The translations under genes and the position numbers were made by a program. The notes beneath the pieces were generated by a model. That model worked only from the letters and a program-made list of their open reading frames with translations. It was not told the DNA's origin and did not search any database. DNA of 64,000 nucleotides. It comes from a virus. This document shows positions 54,119 through 63,930 of the stretch, one piece after another. Position 1 is the stretch's first letter, and each line of letters begins with the position of its first letter. The stretch is from positions 15,842 through 79,841 of the IMG/VR virus record IMGVR_UViG_3300046463_001154; one strand, given 5' to 3'.

Positions 54119-54406
54119 TCACGCGGTTGCGGCACAGCACGTCTGGCCGACAGGCACCGCGCAATTCTCCTTGCCCTTCGCACGTGCCCGGTCATCCAAC
54201 GCGGATGCAACAATCTTCACCGCCCGCCTGTGGAAGGTAGCCCGCATTTGGTCTCCACGTATCAAGCTTCCGCCATGCTTGGGATACGCCGCGTACTTCT
54301 CGGCATGATGCTGCTCCAGCTTCTCGTAGCGCTCAGCCTGAGAAGCGTGCCAGTCAAGCAAATCCTGCAAATCCCGCATCGGAATGTCAATCAACTTCTT
54401 CATCAC
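54119..54406 (-). CDS. Hypothetical protein
   Basis: 95 aa following the polymerase exonuclease gene. Confidence 0.5.
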   Translation of the reverse strand: MMKKLIDIPMRDLQDLLDWHASQAERYEKLEQHHAEKYAAYPKHGGSLIRGDQMRATFHRRAVKIVASALDDRARAKGKENCAVPVGQTCCAATA

Positions 54407-54418
54407 GCGCCCGCTTCA

Positions 54419-56239
54419 TCAAAAGTCTGCTTCGTCATCCTCGTCGTCATCCTCTTCGTCTTCATCGTAGAGCTCTTCTCCTGCCGTTGAGACGGTGTCC
54501 GCACGTGTAATCAGCTTCGTGTACTTGGGAATTTCGAACTGCTGACCGTGCGTCTCGGCGAATGCTTCGAGCCATTGATCCAGCGTCGGCATGCCGAACA
54601 TCTCACAAGCGAACTCCACGGCATTCGTGGCGCCTCCCGACAGGTTGATGCCCTGCAACCGCTGTGTGCGCTCACTGACGCCCTGGATCTTGCACAGTTC
54701 CTTGTAGGTGGTCTCCTTCGAGATGTTGAATACGCACTCCCCATTCGGATAGGAAGCCGACACGTCCAGGTCGCCCACGTGGCCGCGAATGTTGGTCCGC
54801 AGCATCTCGTTCTCTTCGATGATGCAAAGACCGTTGTCCGCCACGAGGTGAGCTGGGAGTGTGACGATCCAGTTGTTCAGCCCGAGCGTGAGCTCGTCCA
54901 TCTCCGTCTTCATCTCGTCGGATGTACTGCCGATCACCCGCTTCTCTTCTGCCTCTTCCAGACAGTAGTAGTGAAGCTTGTCGACCAGTCGACGCGGCTG
55001 TGAGTTGAAGTTGCAGAAGTCCGTCCAGCCCGCGAAGCTCGGCATGGTCAGCTGCAGGTCCTTCGTCGCTTCGTCCAGTAGTTCCATTGACACACAGTCA
55101 AACACGTTGTAGATCACGTATTCGAGCTTGTAATGCTTCTGCATGAACTGGTGCCAATCGATCCCGCGCAGGTGTGCGCCCTCTTCGAACTTGAGCTTCT
55201 TGATCTTGTCCTTGAAAGTCTTGCGCAGGATGGCGTCAAGGGAGTAAGACGGATCCTTGCCCTTCTGGCTGCGCAGGTTCCAATAGACGCACATCGCGTC
55301 GACGAAATAGAAGCTCGCCGGACAGAAGACCGTATGCCACTGAGCCTGAGGCGGAATCGGACTCTTCTTGCCCGATGCAGTCACCTTCATGTTCGGACCC
55401 AGCTTGAAATTGAAGTGCCGATAGCGAAGCGGGACGGCCGGATCGCTGAAGACGTCTTCGGGTCGATACCCCGCTTTCTGCAGACATTCCAGCACGCGTT
55501 TCATGTCGAACGCGATGTTCCAGATCGCGATGAAGTCGGGCTTCCATTCGTGGGCCCGCTTGAAGCATTCGAGCACGATGTCGACCGGGCGATCAACAAT
55601 CATCATTTCCCACTTGATGTTGCGATCGGCGTACACGTCGCCAATGTGGTGCTCGAACTTCTGACGCAGTTTCTCTTCTGCTTGATGCAGGCTGCCGATG
55701 TAGCGCTTCTGGATGGCGGTGAAGACACGATCCTTGAACGACAGCGTCGCCATGATGATGTCGTCCTCGCCCTCGACCACGTCCGTTTCAATGTCGAAAC
55801 AGGCCACACTGTACTGCGTGTTGAGGTCGGGGAACTTGTCCATGTACATCTTCTTGATGACGCACGTGGACAGGATGTCGCTACCGTACAGGTACGGGGA
55901 CCGCTTCATCACGCGCGGGTCACCTTTCATTCCAGCCATGCCGAGCGCCTTCGCGATCGAGAAGTTCAGCTCCGACTGAGTCGACTCAAACTTGTCGAGT
56001 CGGTCGATCTTCTCCCACTCTTTTTTGTCTTTGTGCGTGCGGTAGCCTTTCTTTGTGACCCAGAAAGGCCGCTTGTAGTCCTTCAGCAGGCGCACATTCG
56101 GTTTCGTGCTGCCGTCTTTGAAGTGGATGATTTCTTTCACGAGGTGATAGTCACCCCGCTCGTATTTCGGAGGCGGGCAATAGACGACGTGCTTGCACTC
56201 GTAGCCCGCAATCTCTTGCTGGTTTGCTGCGTTTGACAT
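54419..56239 (-). CDS. Family B DNA polymerase, exonuclease plus motif A subunit (phiKZ gp82-like)
   Basis: ExoI FDIETD, ExoII WNIAFD, YSLD, ExoIII YNVFD and motif A DLDVSASYP; acidic tail. Confidence 0.9.
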   Translation of the reverse strand: MSNAANQQEIAGYECKHVVYCPPPKYERGDYHLVKEIIHFKDGSTKPNVRLLKDYKRPFWVTKKGYRTHKDKKEWEKIDRLDKFESTQSELNFSIAKALGMAGMKGDPRVMKRSPYLYGSDILSTCVIKKMYMDKFPDLNTQYSVACFDIETDVVEGEDDIIMATLSFKDRVFTAIQKRYIGSLHQAEEKLRQKFEHHIGDVYADRNIKWEMMIVDRPVDIVLECFKRAHEWKPDFIAIWNIAFDMKRVLECLQKAGYRPEDVFSDPAVPLRYRHFNFKLGPNMKVTASGKKSPIPPQAQWHTVFCPASFYFVDAMCVYWNLRSQKGKDPSYSLDAILRKTFKDKIKKLKFEEGAHLRGIDWHQFMQKHYKLEYVIYNVFDCVSMELLDEATKDLQLTMPSFAGWTDFCNFNSQPRRLVDKLHYYCLEEAEEKRVIGSTSDEMKTEMDELTLGLNNWIVTLPAHLVADNGLCIIEENEMLRTNIRGHVGDLDVSASYPNGECVFNISKETTYKELCKIQGVSERTQRLQGINLSGGATNAVEFACEMFGMPTLDQWLEAFAETHGQQFEIPKYTKLITRADTVSTAGEELYDEDEEDDDEDDEADF

Positions 56240-56365
56240 GGTGGCGGTGCTGGGAATTCGTGGCGGAAAGCCCAGTAATCACTATGACCACTAGCGACTC
56301 CTGGCTGAATACACAGCATGAGGAGCCTAGGTTAGTTTTCACTTCCCTCTTAAAGGACGCACGCC

Positions 56366-57649
56366 ATGTGGCTTAAGAAACGCGCGCTTGCGATCGCCGC
56401 GGAAGGCATTGACTTTCAGTCGGGCGCCTTCTTCCGCGAGTTGACCGGAGTTTTCAAAGAACTGGCCGACGTCAGCGCAGATCATCTTCCGGACCACCCT
56501 GCAGCACAGCAACTGCCGACGTTGATCAACCACTACACCGGAATGAACGTTCGGGTGGTGTGGGGCGATGCAGGGCCTGCGGTGATGCCGGCGCTCATCA
56601 ACAAGAACAACCCATTGCTCAACTGCTGGGCGGACTGGATTCGTCAGCAGTATCTCCCTAACACCGACGGTGACAAACTGATCGCTGATGCGAAGTCTCG
56701 CCCGGTCGGTCGTGTGGATCGCAAGAATGGGCGTGTGTCCGGCGCCTTCAGCAACGTCGAAAACACGATGTACATGCCCATCGATGAAGGCTTTCGCCGA
56801 CGCTTGTCGCCAGCTGAGATCGCATCGACGGTTCTGCACGAGCTGGGCCACGTCTTCGGCTACTTCGAGATGGTGAGCGCGACATTGTCGACCAACCAGA
56901 TTCTCGCGGGTCTCTCGAAGAAGCTCGACCAGTCGGGCAGCGTAAAAGATCGGGAAGCCGTGCTGGTGAAAGTGAAGGACGCTGCGGGCCTGAAAGACCT
57001 CGACGCAGAAGCGCTCGCGAAGTCCTCGGACAAGAAGGTGATCGAGACGGTCGTCGTCTCGAACATCGCGCGGGAAATCGAATCGGAACTGGGGACGTCG
57101 TTATACGACATCAACAGCTTCGAAGTGCTGGCTGACCAGTTCGCTGCTCGTCATGGCGCAGGGCGCGACATCGTCACCGCATTGGACAAGCTGATGCGCG
57201 ACTCTGGCCACATCCAGTATCGCAGCACATCTTCGTACCTCTTGATGGAAGCCATCAAGTTTGCCCTGATCGCAGCCGGTCCGATCACGTACGGACTGAC
57301 CTGGGTCTATTGTTTCTTCATGTGCGCGGGCGACTCGCTGGAAGCCGAAGAGGACATCTACGCGCTCTCGAAGGTGCGCTACGGTCGCGTACGCGATCAA
57401 ATCGTCGAAGCCATGAAGAACAAAAAGCTGTCTGAAGAACAGATCGCTTCCTACACGGAAGACTTGACCGTGATCGACGAAGTCATCGCGGGCGTCAAGG
57501 ACCGACAGCAGGTCCTCGGCTACGTTCGTGATTTCCTCTCGCCTATTCGCCGACGCCGGATCTCGCAAGAGAAGCTGCAGCGCGAACTCGAGACCATCGC
57601 GCACAACGACCTCTTTGTTCGAGCCGCATCGCTTCGGCAGTTTGTTTAA
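56366..57649 (+). CDS. Virion protein with a zincin HExxH motif (phiKZ gp83/84 region)
   Basis: VLHELGH and EVLADQFAARHG; AAE-GIDFQ resembles a head-protease site. Confidence 0.65.
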   Translation: MWLKKRALAIAAEGIDFQSGAFFRELTGVFKELADVSADHLPDHPAAQQLPTLINHYTGMNVRVVWGDAGPAVMPALINKNNPLLNCWADWIRQQYLPNTDGDKLIADAKSRPVGRVDRKNGRVSGAFSNVENTMYMPIDEGFRRRLSPAEIASTVLHELGHVFGYFEMVSATLSTNQILAGLSKKLDQSGSVKDREAVLVKVKDAAGLKDLDAEALAKSSDKKVIETVVVSNIAREIESELGTSLYDINSFEVLADQFAARHGAGRDIVTALDKLMRDSGHIQYRSTSSYLLMEAIKFALIAAGPITYGLTWVYCFFMCAGDSLEAEEDIYALSKVRYGRVRDQIVEAMKNKKLSEEQIASYTEDLTVIDEVIAGVKDRQQVLGYVRDFLSPIRRRRISQEKLQRELETIAHNDLFVRAASLRQFV

Positions 57650-57670
57650 CTACACTCACGACCCGACATC

Positions 57671-58117
57671 ATGAAACCGCAATTCATTCCGTTCTTCAAT
57701 CGCGCAGACACCGCCATCTCGTCATTCGACGATCGCAGCCGCATCATCGGCACGGCCGTTGCGCTCGCCGCTTCACGCCTCGTCTCGCTACCGTCGGCAC
57801 CGGTCGACGTCCCGAGTACGCATTACAACTTCACCGTGCTGCCGCAGGTGATGGAACTCATCGCTGGCTTCAACGAGCAAGTCGTCTTCGACGTGAAGCA
57901 TGCGCTTGCACAGGCCCGCGAGTTCTGGTTCCTGCGCTACCATGCCGTGCATCCGTGCGGCCAGGTGGTCATCGATCTGAACATCGGCTTCTACGACAAC
58001 GTGCTGGGCGTGGCCGAGTGGGTGGATGACGACAGCCACAAGTTCAACAACGATCACAAGATCGAAATCTTCGCGCTCGCGCAACTCGCCTGCGACCTGA
58101 TGAACGGAGCCGCCTGA
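57671..58117 (+). CDS. Probable virion protein (gp85-like)
   Basis: 148 aa in the structural operon. Confidence 0.55.
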   Translation: MKPQFIPFFNRADTAISSFDDRSRIIGTAVALAASRLVSLPSAPVDVPSTHYNFTVLPQVMELIAGFNEQVVFDVKHALAQAREFWFLRYHAVHPCGQVVIDLNIGFYDNVLGVAEWVDDDSHKFNNDHKIEIFALAQLACDLMNGAA

Positions 58118-59526
58118 TGTTCAATCAAAGTCTGAACGCCGGTTTGGACTTCGACACGGATCTGGAGGTGGTGCCGCAGATCGTGGAAACGATCGGGACA
58201 GGCGTGGCGCCGGAGTTCGAAGAAGAGGTTGTCGAACTCTTCTCGATGGAAGAGCGTGTCGAAGACTTGCTCATTTTGCGACGGGAGATAGAGCAACAGC
58301 GCGGCATGAGCCAGTCGCTTGCCATGGAAGGCCTGCGGATTCTGCCGGACTTCGGCGGCAAGGCGCCGGTTGCCTATTACTCGGTGCAGCCAAGCTCCAC
58401 CCGGCTTAAGGTTTCGCTTGAGTCGATCGGCAAAGGGATCTGGATCCTCATCGCAGCAGGCATCGCCGCAGTGATCGCAGTCATTTACAAGATCTTCAAG
58501 TGGATGACGGGTGACGACAAGCCGACAGCGGAAAACGCGGAAGCTGAACTCGAGCAAAAGGCGAAGCGCGCGGAACAGGCAGCTGAGGTGTTCGAGAAGG
58601 CGGCGAAGGACCTGAACGATGCCATGCAATCGTTCAGGAACCGACCGTACCGGATTAAGCCTGACAGTGAATATGCGGGTGAGAGCACGGGGGGCATCTT
58701 CACGATGCAGCGCGTGATCGACACGTTCTTCATGCAAGAGGCACGGGACCAGCGCGTCCTGATGTTCTTGGGGCAGCGCGACCCGGTGTTCCACGACATC
58801 GTCAGCAAGGGCGAATACTCGCAGGAGATGATGCGCATCGCGCCGCTCTTCACCGCGCTTAAGCTCGTCATGCAGCAGCGTATCGCCTTGCTGAAGGAGA
58901 TCGCTGAACGGGACCTGAAGCAGCCGAACTTCGCCATCGACAAGATGAAGAACGTCGCAGCGCTCAAGCCTTTGCTGCAGCCGATGGAAGTCGAGTACGC
59001 CGGGCGGAAGATGACGCTGAATGCACTCTCGTCTGAGATCGTCAACCTGCGCGCATCGGCCGAGGGTCGGAAAGCCCAGGAAGACCTTAACTTCGACCAG
59101 CTGTTCTCGGTAATGGAAGAAGCATTCCGGAAGGCCAACGTGCCGAAGCTGCTGCTCGAGATGCGATCCGTGGTTGCTCCGATGGCTGAAATGCGGGAGC
59201 ACCTGACGGAGATGGAGATTGCCGCTAAGCGATTCTCTGTCGATGGTGCGGAGGGCGCGCATTCTACGACGATCGGTTCGGATCTGCGTCACGCCATCTT
59301 CGTGATGGGTAAGGACTTGGCAGACCTCCAGTCGATCATGTCTCAGGTTCAGTATTACACGGGCCACCTGTCCTATCTCGCTGTGCAGGCAGTTGCCTTC
59401 GCCGAAGAAGTAGCGCGGAAAGTCGTCGCTCACCTTGAGAGCGAAGAAAAGAAGCCGCCGGCAAGCTGGAAGCAAGCGGTCGAGCAGTTGCGGTCGTATC
59501 GACAGCGTCTGCAAGAGCTACGCTGA
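58117..59526 (+). CDS. Probable internal head protein (gp86-like)
   Basis: Acidic propeptide with SME, AME and SLE sites typical of the phiKZ gp175 protease, then a hydrophobic helix. Confidence 0.65.
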   Translation: MFNQSLNAGLDFDTDLEVVPQIVETIGTGVAPEFEEEVVELFSMEERVEDLLILRREIEQQRGMSQSLAMEGLRILPDFGGKAPVAYYSVQPSSTRLKVSLESIGKGIWILIAAGIAAVIAVIYKIFKWMTGDDKPTAENAEAELEQKAKRAEQAAEVFEKAAKDLNDAMQSFRNRPYRIKPDSEYAGESTGGIFTMQRVIDTFFMQEARDQRVLMFLGQRDPVFHDIVSKGEYSQEMMRIAPLFTALKLVMQQRIALLKEIAERDLKQPNFAIDKMKNVAALKPLLQPMEVEYAGRKMTLNALSSEIVNLRASAEGRKAQEDLNFDQLFSVMEEAFRKANVPKLLLEMRSVVAPMAEMREHLTEMEIAAKRFSVDGAEGAHSTTIGSDLRHAIFVMGKDLADLQSIMSQVQYYTGHLSYLAVQAVAFAEEVARKVVAHLESEEKKPPASWKQAVEQLRSYRQRLQELR

Positions 59527-59539
59527 CCACGCGTCATAA

Positions 59540-59582
59540 GCGCCAGGGAGGGCTTGTGGCCTTCCCTGGCGTCTATGCCGTT
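59540..59582. terminator. Hairpin between convergent structural genes
   Basis: cgccagggagggc-ttgtg-gccttccctggcg flanked by CATA and TATGCCG. Confidence 0.7.
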
Positions 59583-59585
59583 GGT

Positions 59586-62558
59586 TTAGCTTGTCGCCAC
59601 GTTGTACGCGACGAACGATACGGTTACTGCTTCCTGCACAGTCAGCGAGCCGTCGGCGTTCGCCACGAGCTGTTTGGCGATGCCCAATTGCGTCGACTGA
59701 TCCAGAAGTGTCATGGTGTTGAGGTTAAGGCTTCCTCCCAGACCCGATGCAACAAAGCTCACCACGTCGCTGCCATAGACGGCTGTGAGCGCCGCGTTGA
59801 TCGACGACATCGAGACGACGGAGTTCCTGAGCTGAGCCGCGATCGTCGAGATCGTGGTCGCCTGCAACTGCTGCTTGAGTGCATCGTTGCTGAACACCGT
59901 CGGCGGCACCAGACACGTGACCGTGAACTTCTGACCCGCATCCACGTTGTAGATGAGGCCATCCGGACCATAGACGCGCACCGTACCCATGTTGGCTACT
60001 GGGTAGTAGTAGAGCGACGTATTCTCGAGAAGATCTTGGTTCATCGTCTCGAAGGCACCCGTAAGCCATCCGACCACCGTCGTCACCAGCTGCTGGACGT
60101 AGGCGGCTGCGACGCTATCCGTAGCAAACCGGTAGGTCGCATCGATCATCATGATGTCGAGCTGCTGACTGACACCGCGCGGGTTCGTCGGGATAGGATT
60201 GTTCGCCCCGTCCAGAATCACATCGCCTACCTTGTGCTGGTAGCTTGGCGTGCCATCGGGATTGAGCACCGGGTCGCCCTTTCGATGCAGGATGGTGAAC
60301 TGCGGTACGCCATTTACGATCGAAATTGCACTGCCCGTCGTCGGATCGATCTGGTAGACGTCCTCCTTGTAGTAGTACGGTACATTCGTCTTATACGTCT
60401 CGTACTGGATCGTCGAGACGACACTGCGACTGCGCGACCACAACGTGTTCAAATACTGACCCAGCTCGATCACCAGCTGCTCATTGGTGATGCCCGCGGT
60501 ATTCGAGGGCACCAGGAACTCGCCGATCACCTTGTCAACAGCACCCTGCGTCCACGTTGCTGGCATGTCAGCGCTCGTCGAATACACAACGTCAAAGGTC
60601 GTTGTGAGTTCAGCACCCGTCAGACGCGGCGTCGCGTTGTACATGAAGAACTTGTTGAGGAACAGGTAGCCGCTCGAATTGATGTTGAAGTTCGTCGAGA
60701 GATCGAATTCGAAGATCCGTTCGCCAGCACTGGTCTTGCCTGCGAGCGTGCCCTGCAGATATGCACGCGCCGTCTCTCCCGGCGGGATGAACGAAAGCTG
60801 GCAGTAGACTTCCGTGTCGTTGAGCGCGTGATACGCTGCGCTCGACGTGGTCGCCAGGGTGAGCTTGTAGCCAGTATCCGTCGTAGCAAGGCTGTACGTA
60901 TTGGTGCTGACCTCAAGTCCCGTGCTGTCGTTCTCGCCGACCCAGAGCTTTGTGACGACCTTCGGAGCCGCGAGGTAGTACGGACGGAAGGCCAGCTCAC
61001 TCTTCGTCATATCAACGACATAGTGGAACGGGCTCCAGAGGTAGTTACCTGCGCTGATCGCCAACGCCCGGTTGCTCACTGTCATCGAGTTCAGCTGATT
61101 CAACACGGCATCCGTCACCATCGTCACGACGCCGTTCTTGTTCTGATACAGCATCTTCGGCGTGATGGTGATGCTCGTTCCGTTGTCAATGACCGCACTG
61201 TTGGTCACCGCTTCGGACACTGACGTCGTCACCGTTTCGATCGTGCTGTTCGCCGAGGTGATCAGCGACGAGTCCGTGGGCTGCGGCATCGGTGCCGTGG
61301 CCAAGAACGTGCGGTCCGTGATGTTGTCGATGTTCTTGACAACGCCAAAGCCCTGCTGGTTGAGCACGTCCGTGATTTGCGCCGGCGTGATCGGGACGGA
61401 CTGCGGACCGACCGAGTTGTCGATCACCTGCTGACGCAATGTCGCAAACTTGACGGCATCGGTGCCCCCCAGCACCACCTGATCAGAATACGTGATGAGC
61501 GACTGGAACGTGTTCACTGGCGCCGTGAAGACCGTCGAGTCGTTGTTGTCGATCGCCAGGAACGTCGCAGCAAAGGCGCTGCTGTCGTAGTTGGCGAGGT
61601 TCATGTTCAGCGGGCCCTTGGTCTCGTACAGATCGATGCGGATGTTCTGATTGAGCAAGCGCGTCGTCGTATAGACCTGCGGAATCATTACGGTCGCTTC
61701 GGTGCCACCCGTCTGCGTGTTCGTGTCCAGCGTCACCACTGCGGTCGGAGTCAAAGGGTCATAGACTTCCGTCGAGTACGTCACCTTCAGTTCGTTCCAG
61801 AGCATCGTGCTCGGGTTCTGCGAATACACGCGGCAATAGTAGAACTGGTCGCTCACCGGAATGGTGAGGTTGAAAGCCTGCGCGGGCGAACAGGTGCCGT
61901 TACGGGTGATGATGTCGAACTGCTGTACCGGAAACTCCATGTACACCCACGTCTGGTCAGCGGCCGGACGGTACGACCACTGCACGAGGTTCGACGAGAG
62001 CGTCTGCAAAGGCGAAGTCGTCGTGGTGTCGTAGGTGATGCTCAGCCCGCCGTGCGCCATCTGCTGGATCACGATTGGATACTGCAGGCTGAACTGCACG
62101 TCACCGACAGTGAAGAAGGTGTTGCGCGGAATCACCATCTTCTTGAGACCGGTCGCCGGATCCAACACGAGCTTGTTCAACAGTTCGGTCTCCCCAATGA
62201 GCATGGACCACGTTGCGGTCGCCGGTGTCGCGAATCGGTTCACGTAGTCGGTATCGGCCATGTGGAGATACAGATCGCTCATGGTCTGCGCCGCAACCAC
62301 GTAACGCTTGCGGTTTAGCGCCTTGTTCTGCTGCATGAACGCCGCCGTATTCACCGCGCTCGTCTCAATCGCATGCACGTAAGGATTGGTAGGGTCGACA
62401 ATCGTGACCGTCCCGTTCGTGACTTCGTTCAGATAGTTGAACGCCACTTGCTGGATAGCGGCCGGGTTGTACTGGTAGCCCAGAATGTTGTCGATCAGGT
62501 CGGCAATGGTCGGGCTTCCCGAGGGCACCGTCGTCACCGAAAGTGATGTCGTTGTCAT
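59586..62558 (-). CDS. Large virion structural protein, probable baseplate wedge (phiKZ gp87-like)
   Basis: 990 aa, Thr/Val-rich; DPTNP, LYLHM and GG.D...F..LR..VI; conserved position. Confidence 0.7.
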   Translation of the reverse strand: MTTTSLSVTTVPSGSPTIADLIDNILGYQYNPAAIQQVAFNYLNEVTNGTVTIVDPTNPYVHAIETSAVNTAAFMQQNKALNRKRYVVAAQTMSDLYLHMADTDYVNRFATPATATWSMLIGETELLNKLVLDPATGLKKMVIPRNTFFTVGDVQFSLQYPIVIQQMAHGGLSITYDTTTTSPLQTLSSNLVQWSYRPAADQTWVYMEFPVQQFDIITRNGTCSPAQAFNLTIPVSDQFYYCRVYSQNPSTMLWNELKVTYSTEVYDPLTPTAVVTLDTNTQTGGTEATVMIPQVYTTTRLLNQNIRIDLYETKGPLNMNLANYDSSAFAATFLAIDNNDSTVFTAPVNTFQSLITYSDQVVLGGTDAVKFATLRQQVIDNSVGPQSVPITPAQITDVLNQQGFGVVKNIDNITDRTFLATAPMPQPTDSSLITSANSTIETVTTSVSEAVTNSAVIDNGTSITITPKMLYQNKNGVVTMVTDAVLNQLNSMTVSNRALAISAGNYLWSPFHYVVDMTKSELAFRPYYLAAPKVVTKLWVGENDSTGLEVSTNTYSLATTDTGYKLTLATTSSAAYHALNDTEVYCQLSFIPPGETARAYLQGTLAGKTSAGERIFEFDLSTNFNINSSGYLFLNKFFMYNATPRLTGAELTTTFDVVYSTSADMPATWTQGAVDKVIGEFLVPSNTAGITNEQLVIELGQYLNTLWSRSRSVVSTIQYETYKTNVPYYYKEDVYQIDPTTGSAISIVNGVPQFTILHRKGDPVLNPDGTPSYQHKVGDVILDGANNPIPTNPRGVSQQLDIMMIDATYRFATDSVAAAYVQQLVTTVVGWLTGAFETMNQDLLENTSLYYYPVANMGTVRVYGPDGLIYNVDAGQKFTVTCLVPPTVFSNDALKQQLQATTISTIAAQLRNSVVSMSSINAALTAVYGSDVVSFVASGLGGSLNLNTMTLLDQSTQLGIAKQLVANADGSLTVQEAVTVSFVAYNVATS

Positions 62559-62567
62559 GCTGATTCC

Positions 62568-63896
62568 TTAGGCATTGTTGGTCGAGCTAGGCGTCGCTCG
62601 GATGGCTGTTCCCGTTACCGTCGGATCGACTGAGGGCGGGTTGTGCGAGGTGTAGAGTGAGCTGCTGCTTTCGGTAGACTGGTTGCCACCACTCGCCGGC
62701 GTCGCACCGGTCGTGAGCGTCGTGACGTTTGGCGTGACTTGCTGGAAGGTCTGTCTGTTGACCGTCACAGTCGAAGTCTTCATCCACGGCAGGAACCGCT
62801 TGTAGAGGTCGTTAGAGACCCACCATTCCAGTTCCCACGTATCCGGATCGATGCGGGGGTAGCCCTGATTGTTGAAGATCCCGAGCGCACCCATCGGCAC
62901 CTTCGTGTAATGCGAACCGCGGTACTGGTCAGCCATCGTGTCGTTGAAGGCACAGACGGTCTGATTGAACGTGTACAGGAGAATCGGGTCCTGATAGATT
63001 GCACCGAAGCATTCAAACGGAATACTGATCTGCTCGTTCGATTGGTTGTACGGCTTCTCACTGTCGTAGTTGAACGAAACGCCACCTATGGGTGACGCAG
63101 TCGGGAACGCCGCGCCGCACGCCGCGATCTTCTGCACCTTGGTCTTCGTCGGGTCCAGCACAAGGCGATAGATCCGGGTCTGATAATCGATCTCGTTTTC
63201 GATGATCATGTCCGGGTACGGCATCATGTCTCCCTTATAGACGTTAGACATGTAATGCGCCCAATAAAGGAAAAGCGCAGTCACCGGATCGCCCGGAATG
63301 TTGCGGAAATTGGCCGTTATATCGTATGCCCCATAGAACTCGGTGACTCCGTCGACGAGTCCAAACACCTCCTTATACACGCCCTCATGGGACGCTGTAT
63401 GAGGCACGGTCACATCAGGCCAGCCCGAAATCGACATCAGTGTGTTAGTCAGAATCGGGATAAACGCCTGCTGAGGATCAACCATCGGCGAGTCGACCGA
63501 GCCTTGTCCGGAGTTCGCTCCTTGATTGCTGCGCGGATCTAGGTAGCAACGAATAATTCTTTGAAGGCTGTACTGATTCGTGGTCGTTAGCGGGTTAAAC
63601 AGGCGCACCGCGCGCAGGTTCCCTAACGTCAGGTTCAGGTTGGGCCGTGTAAAGAACGTCAAACCAAAAACGTCTTTATTGATCGGAATGGCTGCGGGCG
63701 TTTGACGATGGTTAATGCCGTAATAGGCACTCGCCAAGGCTGCGGTTCCCCGGGTCGTCTGCGGTGTCCCCAACAGTACCGAATCCACTGCGTCAGCGGG
63801 AGTTACGCCCGCCTTCGCGAAGACGTCTGTCAAATCAGGCGCTGCAGGCGTGCCATTCGGATTGGCTGCGCCGTCCGGCTTCGTACCGTTAGCCAT
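62568..63896 (-). CDS. Virion structural protein (phiKZ gp88-like, probable baseplate/tube-initiator)
   Basis: YGINHRQ, GLTFFTRP.LNL, IDYQTRIYRLVLD and YPRIDP.T.ELEWW. Confidence 0.7.
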   Translation of the reverse strand: MANGTKPDGAANPNGTPAAPDLTDVFAKAGVTPADAVDSVLLGTPQTTRGTAALASAYYGINHRQTPAAIPINKDVFGLTFFTRPNLNLTLGNLRAVRLFNPLTTTNQYSLQRIIRCYLDPRSNQGANSGQGSVDSPMVDPQQAFIPILTNTLMSISGWPDVTVPHTASHEGVYKEVFGLVDGVTEFYGAYDITANFRNIPGDPVTALFLYWAHYMSNVYKGDMMPYPDMIIENEIDYQTRIYRLVLDPTKTKVQKIAACGAAFPTASPIGGVSFNYDSEKPYNQSNEQISIPFECFGAIYQDPILLYTFNQTVCAFNDTMADQYRGSHYTKVPMGALGIFNNQGYPRIDPDTWELEWWVSNDLYKRFLPWMKTSTVTVNRQTFQQVTPNVTTLTTGATPASGGNQSTESSSSLYTSHNPPSVDPTVTGTAIRATPSSTNNA

Positions 63897-63930
63897 ACTA
63901 ACCTCTTGTTCTGAAATAAAGGAAAATGCG

